A DNA stretch of 17,522 nucleotides from Candidatus Thermofontivivens primus (GTDB lineage: Bacteria > Sysuimicrobiota > Sysuimicrobiia > Sysuimicrobiales > Thermofontiviventaceae), in assembly GCA_031458695.1 (NCBI GenBank), contig JAVKJW010000041.1, forward strand, positions 1-17,522, given 5' to 3'. Within the stretch, counting starts at the first letter, position 1. Each line of letters starts with the position of its first letter. Positions 6,186 through 13,787 of the stretch are shown one piece after another. The notes below the pieces were generated by a model. The model was not told the origin of the DNA. It saw nothing but the letters and a program-made list of their open reading frames with translations, and searched no databases. The position numbers and the translations under genes were made by a program.

Positions 6186-7535
6186 TCAGGTCCGGTGTCG
6201 CTCGAGGTTAGCGAACCTGTTGTATTCCTTGTGGAAGTACAGCTCCACCTGGCCAACGGGACCGTTCCGGTGCTTGGCGACGATAATCTCCGCAACATTC
6301 TCTTTGCCTTCTGCCCGGGCCCGCTCCGGATCATAGTAATCCTGGCGATAGATGAACAGGACAAGATCGGCAACCTGCTCCAACTCCCCTGATTCTCTGA
6401 GGTGGGAGAGCATGGGACGCCGGGTCCCGGTGAGCTCCACCGCCCGGCTCAGCTGGCTGATGGCGATGACGGGCACATTGAGTTCTTTTGCCAGGGATTT
6501 GAGCGCGCGGGCAATCTCTGAGATCTCCTGTGTGCGGTTCTCGGTCCGCTTGTAGCTTTGGATCATCTGCAGGTAGTCCACGATCACAAGCCCGAGCCCC
6601 TGCTCAGCCTTCAGCTTGCGAGACTTCGCCCGCATCTCAACCACAGTGATGCTCGCGCTGTCGTCGATGAAAATAGGGGCCTCCGAGAGGCGCCCCATTG
6701 CCCGCGAGAGCTTGGGCCAGTCACTGTCAGAGAGAAATCCTGTACGCAGGCGGTTGCTGTCGACCTCCGCCTCGGCACAGAGGAGACGCTGGACGAGTTG
6801 CTCCTTGCTTGTCTCCAAGCTGAAGATGGCGACTGGATGCTTGTGGTGGATCGCCGCATGAGCAGCGATGTTGAGAGAGAAGGTGGTTTTGCCCATGGCC
6901 GGGCGTGCAGCGACAATGATCAGGTCCGAAGGCTGGAGGCCGCTCGTCAGTCTATCCAAGTCCGTAAACCCTGTGGGAATCCCGGTGACTATCCCTTTAT
7001 CCTGGTAGCGGCGGTCGATCTGTTCGAAGCTCTCTTTCAAGATCTCCCGGATATGCAGGAACTCCTGGGTCCTGCGGCGGGTGGCGATATTAAACACTAG
7101 CTTCTCCGCGCGATCCAACACCGTATCAATGTCCTGGTCCCCTTCATACCCCATCTGGGCGATTTCCGTCCCTGCCCGGATGAGTGAGCGGAGGATGGAT
7201 TTCTGGATGAGGATGCGGGCGTAGTACTCCACGTTGGCTGCCGTGGGGACGGCGTTGACCAGCGTGGAGAGATAGCTCGCCCCTCCCACCTCATCAAGCC
7301 GCCCTAGATCGCGTAGGCGCTCCGTGACCGTGAGGAGATCCGCTGGCTCCCCGCGTTCGAACAGGTCGACCACTGCTTCATAGATGATCCGGTGGGAGGG
7401 GCGGTAGAAATCCTCAGGGCGGACGATCTCCACAACCCTAGCGATGGCATCGCGTTCCAGGAGCATGGAACCGAGTACCGACTGCTCCGCCTCGATGCTT
7501 TGAGGAGGGACTCTCTCAACGGTCGATATACTCAT
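6186..7535 (-). CDS. dnaB: replicative DNA helicase DnaB
   Basis: PPQSIEAEQSVLGSML, Walker A ARPAMGKT, Walker B IVDYLQM, SQLSR and AKHRNGP. AAGGAG RBS at 7549-7544. No intein. Confidence 0.98.
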   Translation of the reverse strand: MSISTVERVPPQSIEAEQSVLGSMLLERDAIARVVEIVRPEDFYRPSHRIIYEAVVDLFERGEPADLLTVTERLRDLGRLDEVGGASYLSTLVNAVPTAANVEYYARILIQKSILRSLIRAGTEIAQMGYEGDQDIDTVLDRAEKLVFNIATRRRTQEFLHIREILKESFEQIDRRYQDKGIVTGIPTGFTDLDRLTSGLQPSDLIIVAARPAMGKTTFSLNIAAHAAIHHKHPVAIFSLETSKEQLVQRLLCAEAEVDSNRLRTGFLSDSDWPKLSRAMGRLSEAPIFIDDSASITVVEMRAKSRKLKAEQGLGLVIVDYLQMIQSYKRTENRTQEISEIARALKSLAKELNVPVIAISQLSRAVELTGTRRPMLSHLRESGELEQVADLVLFIYRQDYYDPERARAEGKENVAEIIVAKHRNGPVGQVELYFHKEYNRFANLERHRT

Positions 7536-7576
7536 GGGGTTTGCTCCTTAAGCAAAGTAAACAAAGGGCTGGCACG

Positions 7577-7605
7577 ATTATACAAACATTTGTTCGCTAT
7601 GTCAA
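7577..7605 (-). promoter_or_regulatory. perfect-consensus sigma70 promoter for dnaB
   Basis: Minus strand TTGACA (7605-7600), 17 bp, TATAAT (7582-7577). Confidence 0.9.
7583..7596. promoter_or_regulatory. LexA SOS box (Gram-positive/Cheo type) in the dnaB promoter spacer
   Basis: CGAACAAATGTTTG on the minus strand, one mismatch to CGAAC-N4-GTTCG, lying between the -35 and -10. Confidence 0.75.
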
Positions 7606-7684
7606 GGGGCAAACCAGAAATCCACCTACTAGGGCAAGTCCCCTCGCCTTCCATCAACATGGACCATACACTTTGCGCGCGGGG

Positions 7685-7760
7685 CTGTGAATTCCTTGTG
7701 AACAGGCAGTGTGAAACTGCACAAAATTTGCGAGAAACCTGTGGAAATCCTGGGGAGAAG
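7685..7760. repeat. array of seven degenerate DnaA-box-like 9-mers phased at 10-11 bp
   Basis: TGTGAATTC 7686, TGTGAACAG 7697, AGTGTGAAA 7708, TGCACAAAA 7718, TGCGAGAAA 7729, TGTGGAAAT 7740 and TGGGGAGAA 7751. Each has 1-2 mismatches to TGTGNAWAA and all share one orientation. Confidence 0.6.
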
Positions 7761-7801
7761 GCCCTCAGGAAATCCGTTCTAAGAATTTTTTTTGAGGTGT
7801 G

Positions 7802-9706
7802 TTAGGCAAAAATATGCGGGAAAGCTTCTTGGACGGTGTTCACATGCACCACCTCGATCCCCCGCAGGTCCGGAGGGACGTCGTGGTGGTTTTCCTGTGG
7901 AATGATCACCTTACGCATTCCTGCCTGCCGCGCCCCGTAGATCTTCTCCGCAATCCCTCCTACCGCCTTGACCTTCCCCTGGATGGAGACCTCACCCGTT
8001 ACGGCGACGTTTTGCCGAAGGGGCCGCTTTTGGATCGCGGAGAGCATCGCGAGCACCACCGCCAGCCCAAGGGACGGGCCGTCGATGAGTCCCCCACCTA
8101 CTACGTTCACGTGAAGATCATAGTTGGCGAGATCAATCCCTGCAATCTGGCGGAGGACGGAGGCTGCGTTGAACACCGAGTCCTTAGCCATACTCCCTGC
8201 CGTCTCATTAAACCGGATCGTCCCCTGACCCGTGCGGAGGGCGGGGAAAGCGGCAGCCTCGATCTCGATGATCGAACCAAGGTAGTGGCTCACCCCCAAT
8301 CCGAAGATCTTCCCGACCTCCGGCACCTCCGAGGCGCGCGAGGGGACATGGGGCGTGAGACGCCCGATACGAATCACTTCGTAGAGGTCCTCCTCTGTGA
8401 TGCGCACACGTCCCCGGCGCCCTTTCTTGCGGAAGAGTGCCATCCCATACGCATCGGCGAGAAGGTTGACAGCTTTCCTGCCGTCTACGGTATAGGTAGC
8501 GATGATCTCTGGGATCGCCTTCGCCAGCTCCACCCCTAACCGCCTCGCCGCTTGCCGGACGATGCGCTCGATGTGCTCTTGGGTGAGCGGCTCGAAGAAG
8601 ACCTCCGCGCAACGGGAGCGGATCGTAGGGCTAATCTCCTCGGGTTCGCGCGTGGTGGCCCCTACCAGGATAAAGTCCGCCGGAGCACCCCGCTCAAACA
8701 AGAGCTTGATGTATCGGGGGATTGCCGGGTCGTCGGGATCGTAGTAGGAAGATTCGAAGAAGACTCTCTTATCTTCCAAAACCTTGAGGAGCTTCCCCTG
8801 GATGACGGGGTCCAGTTCTCCGATCTCGTCGATGAACAGGACCCCCCCATGGGCCTTGGTGACGAGCCCCAGCTTGGGTTCGGGGATCCCCCCTTCTGCG
8901 AAGTCCCTCCGGCTCCCCTGGTAGATGGGATCGTGGACCGAACCAAGCAAGGGGTTGGTAATCTCCCTAGCGTCCCAGCGGAGCGTGGCGCCGTCGACTT
9001 CCACAAACGGCGCGTCGGGGGGGAATGGCGTCCAGGGAAGTTTCTTGGCCTCCTCGAGGACAAGCCTAGCCACAGTAGTCTTCCCTACTCCCGGCGGTCC
9101 ATAGAGGATCACGTGCTGGGGATATGGGACAGCGAGCTTGGCCATGAGCGCACGGATGGCCCGGTCTTGTCCCACCACCTCCTTCAGTTTCCTGGGACGG
9201 ACGAGCTGGTGGATGGAGTGGCTGAGCTGGATTTTCTCTAGGCGCTCCAGAACCTCGAGCTTTTGCCGAGTCAGCGCGGTCTCCGGGTCGAACTCTTCCT
9301 TGAGAACACGGCGGCGGATCTCTTGAAGGACCATGTGTTGGTGCTCCCGGATCCGATCAGCCACACGCCGTTCCAGCTCCTCTTCCACTGTGCGCTGCAC
9401 GATCAAGTCGGCCAGCCTGTCCTCAACGGCGTCAATGATCCGGGGGATCTCCTCCTCCGTAGGGAGTTTATCGAGCGTGGGATCCTCGTAGACAATCCGT
9501 TGCAGGGCAAGCACCCGTTCAGGAAGTCGGGAGGACCGCATAAGCCGCAAGGATTTCAGCTTGCTTGCCTTCATCAAAACCTCATCCGTCCCATACACGT
9601 TGCTGAGGAGGCTGAAGATAGCGCTCACTTTGCGGGCAAGCTGCTCCTGGCGGCTCAACCTGTTGATGAGGGGAAGCGGACGGGGGAGGCGCCGTGGGGT
9701 CCTCAT
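7802..9706 (-). CDS. lonC: Lon-family ATP-dependent protease (LonC/LonB type)
   Basis: Walker A GPPGVGKTT, AHGGVLFIDEIGEL, and an S16 protease domain with DLHVNV...IDGPSLG (Ser) and VTGEVSIQGKVKAVGGIAEK (Lys). N-terminal coiled region. Its position between rplI and dnaB is typical of clostridial-type lonC. Confidence 0.88.
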   Translation of the reverse strand: MRTPRRLPRPLPLINRLSRQEQLARKVSAIFSLLSNVYGTDEVLMKASKLKSLRLMRSSRLPERVLALQRIVYEDPTLDKLPTEEEIPRIIDAVEDRLADLIVQRTVEEELERRVADRIREHQHMVLQEIRRRVLKEEFDPETALTRQKLEVLERLEKIQLSHSIHQLVRPRKLKEVVGQDRAIRALMAKLAVPYPQHVILYGPPGVGKTTVARLVLEEAKKLPWTPFPPDAPFVEVDGATLRWDAREITNPLLGSVHDPIYQGSRRDFAEGGIPEPKLGLVTKAHGGVLFIDEIGELDPVIQGKLLKVLEDKRVFFESSYYDPDDPAIPRYIKLLFERGAPADFILVGATTREPEEISPTIRSRCAEVFFEPLTQEHIERIVRQAARRLGVELAKAIPEIIATYTVDGRKAVNLLADAYGMALFRKKGRRGRVRITEEDLYEVIRIGRLTPHVPSRASEVPEVGKIFGLGVSHYLGSIIEIEAAAFPALRTGQGTIRFNETAGSMAKDSVFNAASVLRQIAGIDLANYDLHVNVVGGGLIDGPSLGLAVVLAMLSAIQKRPLRQNVAVTGEVSIQGKVKAVGGIAEKIYGARQAGMRKVIIPQENHHDVPPDLRGIEVVHVNTVQEAFPHIFA

Positions 9707-10167
9707 CGCTTCACCTCCTTTGGGCCTACACCTACGATGTGAACGGATACGTGGGCAACAATGCCCGAGGACAAGCGCACGGGGACTAGGTAGGTTCCTA
9801 CGACTTTGATTGGCTCCTCCAACTCCACCTGTTTCTTGTCGATGGGGAAGCCCCGCGCGCGCAACGCTTCGGCGATATGTTGCGAGGTGATCGAACCAAA
9901 GAGTCGCCCCGTCTCCCCGCTCTGGACTCGGAGCTCAACCGCCGTCTGGCCCAGAGCGGCAGCTATCTGCTCGGCTTCCCTCTGTTTGCGGGCTTCCTTC
10001 TCCCGGGCAACGCGTTGGCGTTCCTCCCAGCGTTTGATCTCCCCCTCCGTGGCCTCTACCGCGAGCCCACGGGGGAAGAGGTAGTTACGGGCGTACCCCT
10101 CCTTCACCTCATGGATCGTGCCAGCGCGGCCAAGAGAAGGAACATCGCGGAGAAGGATCACCTTCAT
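9703..10167 (-). CDS. rplI: 50S ribosomal protein L9
   Basis: MKVILLRDVPSLGRAG...VKEGYARNYLFPRGLA and GRLFGSIT. ATGA overlaps with both neighbours. Confidence 0.98.
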   Translation of the reverse strand: MKVILLRDVPSLGRAGTIHEVKEGYARNYLFPRGLAVEATEGEIKRWEERQRVAREKEARKQREAEQIAAALGQTAVELRVQSGETGRLFGSITSQHIAEALRARGFPIDKKQVELEEPIKVVGTYLVPVRLSSGIVAHVSVHIVGVGPKEVKR

Positions 10168-11123
10168 GCAGGTTCCCTCTGCACCCCGAGACGACGGTAG
10201 TTAAACCAAGTATCCAGGAGGCCAACCCACATCAAGACAAGCCAGGAGACCCCAATGGACAGGACGAGGACGACCAGGATCGCCTGGAACCACCGGGGAA
10301 CCTCCAGCTTGCGGAGGTAGTACAGGCCGATGAGCAACCCCTGGAATCCAAAAACTAGGACATCAAGAATCTGTAAGTTCACAAAAACCCTGCGGATCTC
10401 TGGCCAGCGTGCCCCCATAACCCCTGAGAGCACTGTGAGCCCGAGCAAGAGCCAAACAACCTTTGTTTGGATCCTCCAATGAAGCATCGGCGGAAGGGAG
10501 GGAAGTGGATACCCAAAGCGCCGAAGGAGTAGGCCAGCTACGAGGTAAATGAAGTAAGCCCAAATCCCCGCGCCCAGGAGGAAGGCTACAGGGATGATCA
10601 TACGGAGGAACTCCGGGAGTTGCGTGAGGGTCTTCTCTAGGGCCTCCGCCTGCGAAGAGGGGGCGCCAAGCCGGCGCTGGAGAGCCAGGGACATCTTCCA
10701 GGCTTCGATCTGGGCCTGGATGGTCTCCTCGATAGGGTTGATCCCCATGAGACGCACTGTGAGCCAGAGGGAGAGAAGACTCATGACGAGAAGCACAACG
10801 GCGGTCACAAGGATCGTCATCGAAGCAGGAACTCCTTTGCGGATCCCCCACCCAAGGGCGAGCCCTGTGGGGGCAAACACAGCCCCTGCAAGGAGCGCCT
10901 GTACAGGTCCCACGATCCAGGCTAGGATCAGCGATGCTACGATTGCGGCCAAAACCGCTACCCTACCTCCCCAGCGGATCAGCAACCAGGCCACGGGGAT
11001 GGGAGCAAGGAGCAAGGCGAGGGAAGGCAGGAAGAAAACTCCTACAACGACGATCACGACGATCAGACCAGCAAGGAGTGCTCCCTCGGTGAGCCCGCGT
11101 GTGGCAACGTTCCGATGCGGCAT
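10164..11123 (-). CDS. DUF2232/YybS-family membrane protein
   Basis: TRGLTEGALL N-terminus, multiple hydrophobic helices, FQGL and GLLDTWFNYRR C-terminus. Conserved position between rpsR and rplI. GGAGG RBS 7 nt before ATG 11123. Confidence 0.85.
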   Translation of the reverse strand: MPHRNVATRGLTEGALLAGLIVVIVVVGVFFLPSLALLLAPIPVAWLLIRWGGRVAVLAAIVASLILAWIVGPVQALLAGAVFAPTGLALGWGIRKGVPASMTILVTAVVLLVMSLLSLWLTVRLMGINPIEETIQAQIEAWKMSLALQRRLGAPSSQAEALEKTLTQLPEFLRMIIPVAFLLGAGIWAYFIYLVAGLLLRRFGYPLPSLPPMLHWRIQTKVVWLLLGLTVLSGVMGARWPEIRRVFVNLQILDVLVFGFQGLLIGLYYLRKLEVPRWFQAILVVLVLSIGVSWLVLMWVGLLDTWFNYRRLGVQREPA

Positions 11124-11259
11124 AGCCACCCCTCCACTGGTCTAGCCCACTCAAAAATTTGCCTTGCGAAATTTCGGGGACCCCGAGTTTGTCGATAGAC
11201 GCGCTTTCTCAGATAGACACCTGGTTCAGCCGAAGCTCTCCAGAAACCCCTGCAGGAAT

Positions 11260-11496
11260 TTACGTGGAAGTGTAGGGCAACAGGGCGAGCTCGCGCGCCC
11301 GTTTGATGGCCAGGGCCAGACGGCGCTGGTGCTTCGCGCAGGTCCCAGTGACGCGCCGCGGGAAGATCTTCCCGCGCTCACTCAAGAACCTGCGCAGCCT
11401 GTTGACATCTTTGTAGTCAATGATCTCGATCTTCTCAGAGCAAAAAGGACAACTCTTTGGCTTGGGCCTGCGACCTCGGAACTCTTTCTTTGCCAT
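11260..11496 (-). CDS. rpsR: 30S ribosomal protein S18 (Zn-binding C+ form)
   Basis: KSCPFC...[50 protein letters not shown]. Start at ATG 11496. Confidence 0.97.
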   Translation of the reverse strand: MAKKEFRGRRPKPKSCPFCSEKIEIIDYKDVNRLRRFLSERGKIFPRRVTGTCAKHQRRLALAIKRARELALLPYTST

Positions 11497-11592
11497 ACCG
11501 CAAATCCCCCTCACGCGAAGTGGAAGTAGCTCCAAAGAAAGAGGGGTACCGCCACGGGATCCATTTCTCCCGTCGCACACCTCAGACCAGGC

Positions 11593-11991
11593 TCAGAACG
11601 GAACGTCTTCCTCCTCTTCGACCGGTGGCTCCATCTCCTCGGAACCAGAGGGAACGGTCTCTGGAGCAGGTGCCTTCCGGTCTAGGAACCGGATATTTGT
11701 TGCCACGACCTCGGCAACCTTCCGCTTCTGACCATCTGCCGTCTCGTACGACCGGATCTGCAGCCGCCCCTCTACGGCAACCAGGCGTCCCTTGCCGAGG
11801 TATTGGGTCACCTGCTCGGCAAGCCGACGCCAAGCCACGATATCGATGAAATCGGTCTGTTGTTCCCCCTGCTGACTTGTGAATGGCCGGTCTACAGCCA
11901 GCGTGAAGCTGGCCACGGGCTGTCCACTCGGCACGTATCGGAGTTCTGGATCGCGCACAAGGCGCCCAATCAAGATCACCCTGTTCAGCAT
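11593..11991 (-). CDS. ssb: single-stranded DNA-binding protein
   Basis: MLNRVILIGRLVRDPELRY, KGRLVAVEGRLQIRSY and acidic tail EEEEDVPF. Confidence 0.98.
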   Translation of the reverse strand: MLNRVILIGRLVRDPELRYVPSGQPVASFTLAVDRPFTSQQGEQQTDFIDIVAWRRLAEQVTQYLGKGRLVAVEGRLQIRSYETADGQKRKVAEVVATNIRFLDRKAPAPETVPSGSEEMEPPVEEEEDVPF

Positions 11992-12419
11992 CAGGATCCC
12001 TTCTCTTCGTCGGATTTCTCCGCACCTGCAGGTCCCGTATCCCCTTCCGGCTCCTCGAGACCTAGGGCGGGAGTTTCACCCTTTTCCTCACTGTATTTTT
12101 CTCGTTCACTTGGCTCTTTCCCCTTTAGTGGGGGTCCTTCGGCAACAACGATCATGGACCGAAGGAGGTTTTCGTTCAGCTCCAGGAATCGCTTTAGCTC
12201 GGAGATTTGGGCGCCGTTGAACGTGAACCTAGTGACCACGTAGTACCCTTCGCGGAACTTCCGGATCGGATAGGCAAGGCGGCGCATCCCCCACCGGTCT
12301 TCAGCCTCAATAGAACCTCCCTGCTCAACGATCCGTTGCTTGATGCGATCGATGATGGACTCCAGTTGCTCTACTTCCAGATCAGGGCGAAGGATATAAA
12401 CAAGCTCGTAGCTCTTCAT
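11991..12419 (-). CDS. rpsF: 30S ribosomal protein S6
   Basis: MKSYELVYILRPDL...WGMRRLAYPIRKFREGYY. TGATG overlap with ssb. GGGAGG RBS. Confidence 0.97.
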   Translation of the reverse strand: MKSYELVYILRPDLEVEQLESIIDRIKQRIVEQGGSIEAEDRWGMRRLAYPIRKFREGYYVVTRFTFNGAQISELKRFLELNENLLRSMIVVAEGPPLKGKEPSEREKYSEEKGETPALGLEEPEGDTGPAGAEKSDEEKGS

Positions 12420-12423
12420 CGTT

Positions 12424-12490
12424 TCCTCCCTTCGGGCTTTCCGGCACCACCGGGTTGGCCCTACCTATGTGTACGGCAGGGCAGGGAGAA
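12424..12490 (-). promoter_or_regulatory. S6:S18 ribosomal protein leader (rpsF autoregulatory RNA)
   Basis: On the minus strand, CTCCCT pairs with AGGGAG (the RBS). Inner hairpin GCCCTGCC...GGTAGGGC and a CCCG just before the SD strand give the architecture of the known rpsF leader. Confidence 0.7.
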
Positions 12491-12555
12491 CTTACTGCCA
12501 TGGGGCCCGGGCAAACACTATTGGAAGATTGTGCCCGGGTACCTAAAGCAGGGCT

Positions 12556-12584
12556 ATTTTACCACACTCCCCCTGGGTTGGCAA
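12556..12584 (-). promoter_or_regulatory. sigma70 promoter of the rpsF operon
   Basis: Minus strand TTGCCA (12584-12579), 17 bp, TAAAAT (12561-12556), with extended TG. Confidence 0.75.
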
Positions 12585-12586
12585 TC

Positions 12587-13405
12587 TCAGGTTCCTCCGG
12601 CCAACTCCTTTGCCCTTAGGGCCGCGCGGGCGATGGCTTCCACGAGGGTGGTAGAAAATCCCCTCTCCTCTAGCACCTGGAGGCCAGCCATGGTCGTCCC
12701 GCCAGGAGAGGTCACCCGTTGGCGCAGGGTCCGGGGATCCTCCCCAGTTTCCCGTACCAACTTAGCAGCCCCGAACACCGTTTCGGCAGCAAGGAGAAGA
12801 GCAATGTCTCCAGGGAGGCCGAGGTTCGCCCCTGCCTCCGTCATTGCCTCCATCATTCGGTATACGTAAGCAGGCCCGCTCCCAGCTAGGGCTGTGATGG
12901 CATCCATGAGCTCCTCAGAAACCTCGACCACGCGCCCTAGGGCCTCAAACAGGGCGCGCGCCACCGCTCGATCCTCTCCCCGCACCTGGCTCCCGTAGGT
13001 CATCGCGGTGACGGAGGCGGCTACAGAAGTTGCAAGGTTCGGCATAGTGCGGACGACAGAAATCTTCGGAAGGGCTCCTTCTAACCTTGCCAGCGGGACC
13101 CCTGCTGCCACAGAGATCACCACCTGGTCAGGACGGGCAAGATCCCTGATGGCTTCTAAGACCTCCGGGATATCCTTGGGTTTCACAGCAAGAATCACCA
13201 CATTCGCTCTCGCCAAAAGCTCCGCTTTCGATGGTGTGGTAAAGATGTTGTACTGCCAGCTCAAACGGGCAAGGCGCTCCCGGTTCTCTCGATTGGTGAC
13301 AATGATCCGTGCAGGGACCACTGTTCCGGTGGTCACTAACCCCCGGATCATTGCCTCAGCCATGTTGCCAGCGCCGATGAACCCGATCACTCGCTCACCC
13401 AGCAT
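12587..13405 (-). CDS. proC: pyrroline-5-carboxylate reductase
   Basis: IGFIGAGNMAEAM, LAVKPKD, ISVAAGV, RTMPN, ALAGSGPAY and VTSPGGTT. GGAGG RBS before ATG 13405. Confidence 0.96.
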   Translation of the reverse strand: MLGERVIGFIGAGNMAEAMIRGLVTTGTVVPARIIVTNRENRERLARLSWQYNIFTTPSKAELLARANVVILAVKPKDIPEVLEAIRDLARPDQVVISVAAGVPLARLEGALPKISVVRTMPNLATSVAASVTAMTYGSQVRGEDRAVARALFEALGRVVEVSEELMDAITALAGSGPAYVYRMMEAMTEAGANLGLPGDIALLLAAETVFGAAKLVRETGEDPRTLRQRVTSPGGTTMAGLQVLEERGFSTTLVEAIARAALRAKELAGGT

Positions 13406-13455
13406 CCTTACCACCTCCGCCTTTGTCCGCACCCGTTCCATCAGATCGGACCCAG

Positions 13456-13493
13456 AAAACAAAAGACCCCTCGCCGGCAAGGGCGAAGGGGTT
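13456..13493 (-). terminator. intrinsic terminator of the T-box leader
   Basis: Minus strand AACCCCTTCGCCCTTGCCGGCGAGGGGTC followed by TTTTGTTTT. Confidence 0.85.
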
Positions 13494-13722
13494 CCTCCGC
13501 GGTACCACCTTCCTTCCGCACGCCTGCAAAGGAGCAGCCGTGCGGCACTTTCCCTGCGCTATCGGGCAGGACCCCGGTCGCCTTAGAAGGTGAACATTGT
13601 GGCTTGCCACCTTTTTCGGCGACCGCTCAGGGGTGGGTTCGAAGGACCGCTTGCCACAGGGCTCACAGCACCACGGCCCTGCTCTCTGAGGCAGGGTTCC
13701 TCCTACTTGGCCCCGTCATCGC
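13456..13722 (-). ncRNA. T-box riboswitch, proline specifier (CCC)
   Basis: Stem I begins GCGATGA with AGTA, AGAGA and GGTGCTG motifs. Specifier GAA-CCC-A with CCC at 13637-13635. T-box AAGGTGGTACCGCG at 13511-13498, followed by a terminator, upstream of proC. Confidence 0.92.
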
Positions 13723-13742
13723 GAAGTAGGCTTGTGGGGTGT

Positions 13743-13771
13743 ATCCTAGCACGAACCGAAACAAACGTCAA
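13743..13771 (-). promoter_or_regulatory. sigma70 promoter of the T-box/proC transcript
   Basis: Minus strand TTGACG (13771-13766), 17 bp, TAGGAT (13748-13743), with extended TG. Confidence 0.8.
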
Positions 13772-13787
13772 TAGGGTCCCTAGCGTG

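Noticed and set aside
7685..7760. CRISPR array or strict tandem repeat
   Set aside because: Units are ~11 bp and degenerate with no spacers, and no cas genes are present. Better explained as protein-binding sites.
7799..9241. Long + strand ORFs (246 aa, 229 aa) opposite lonC, and similar shadow ORFs opposite dnaB, proC and ctaB
   Set aside because: Antisense open frames are expected in GC-rich coding DNA. They show no recognisable motifs or RBS.
11497..11580. N-terminal extension of S18 to 106 aa
   Set aside because: Homology and a G-rich SD-like tract favour ATG 11496.
12505..12539. Inverted repeat CCCGGGCA...TGCCCGGG as a terminator
   Set aside because: It has a 19-nt loop and no U-tract, and lies downstream of the rpsF promoter. 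It is probably just 5'-UTR structure.
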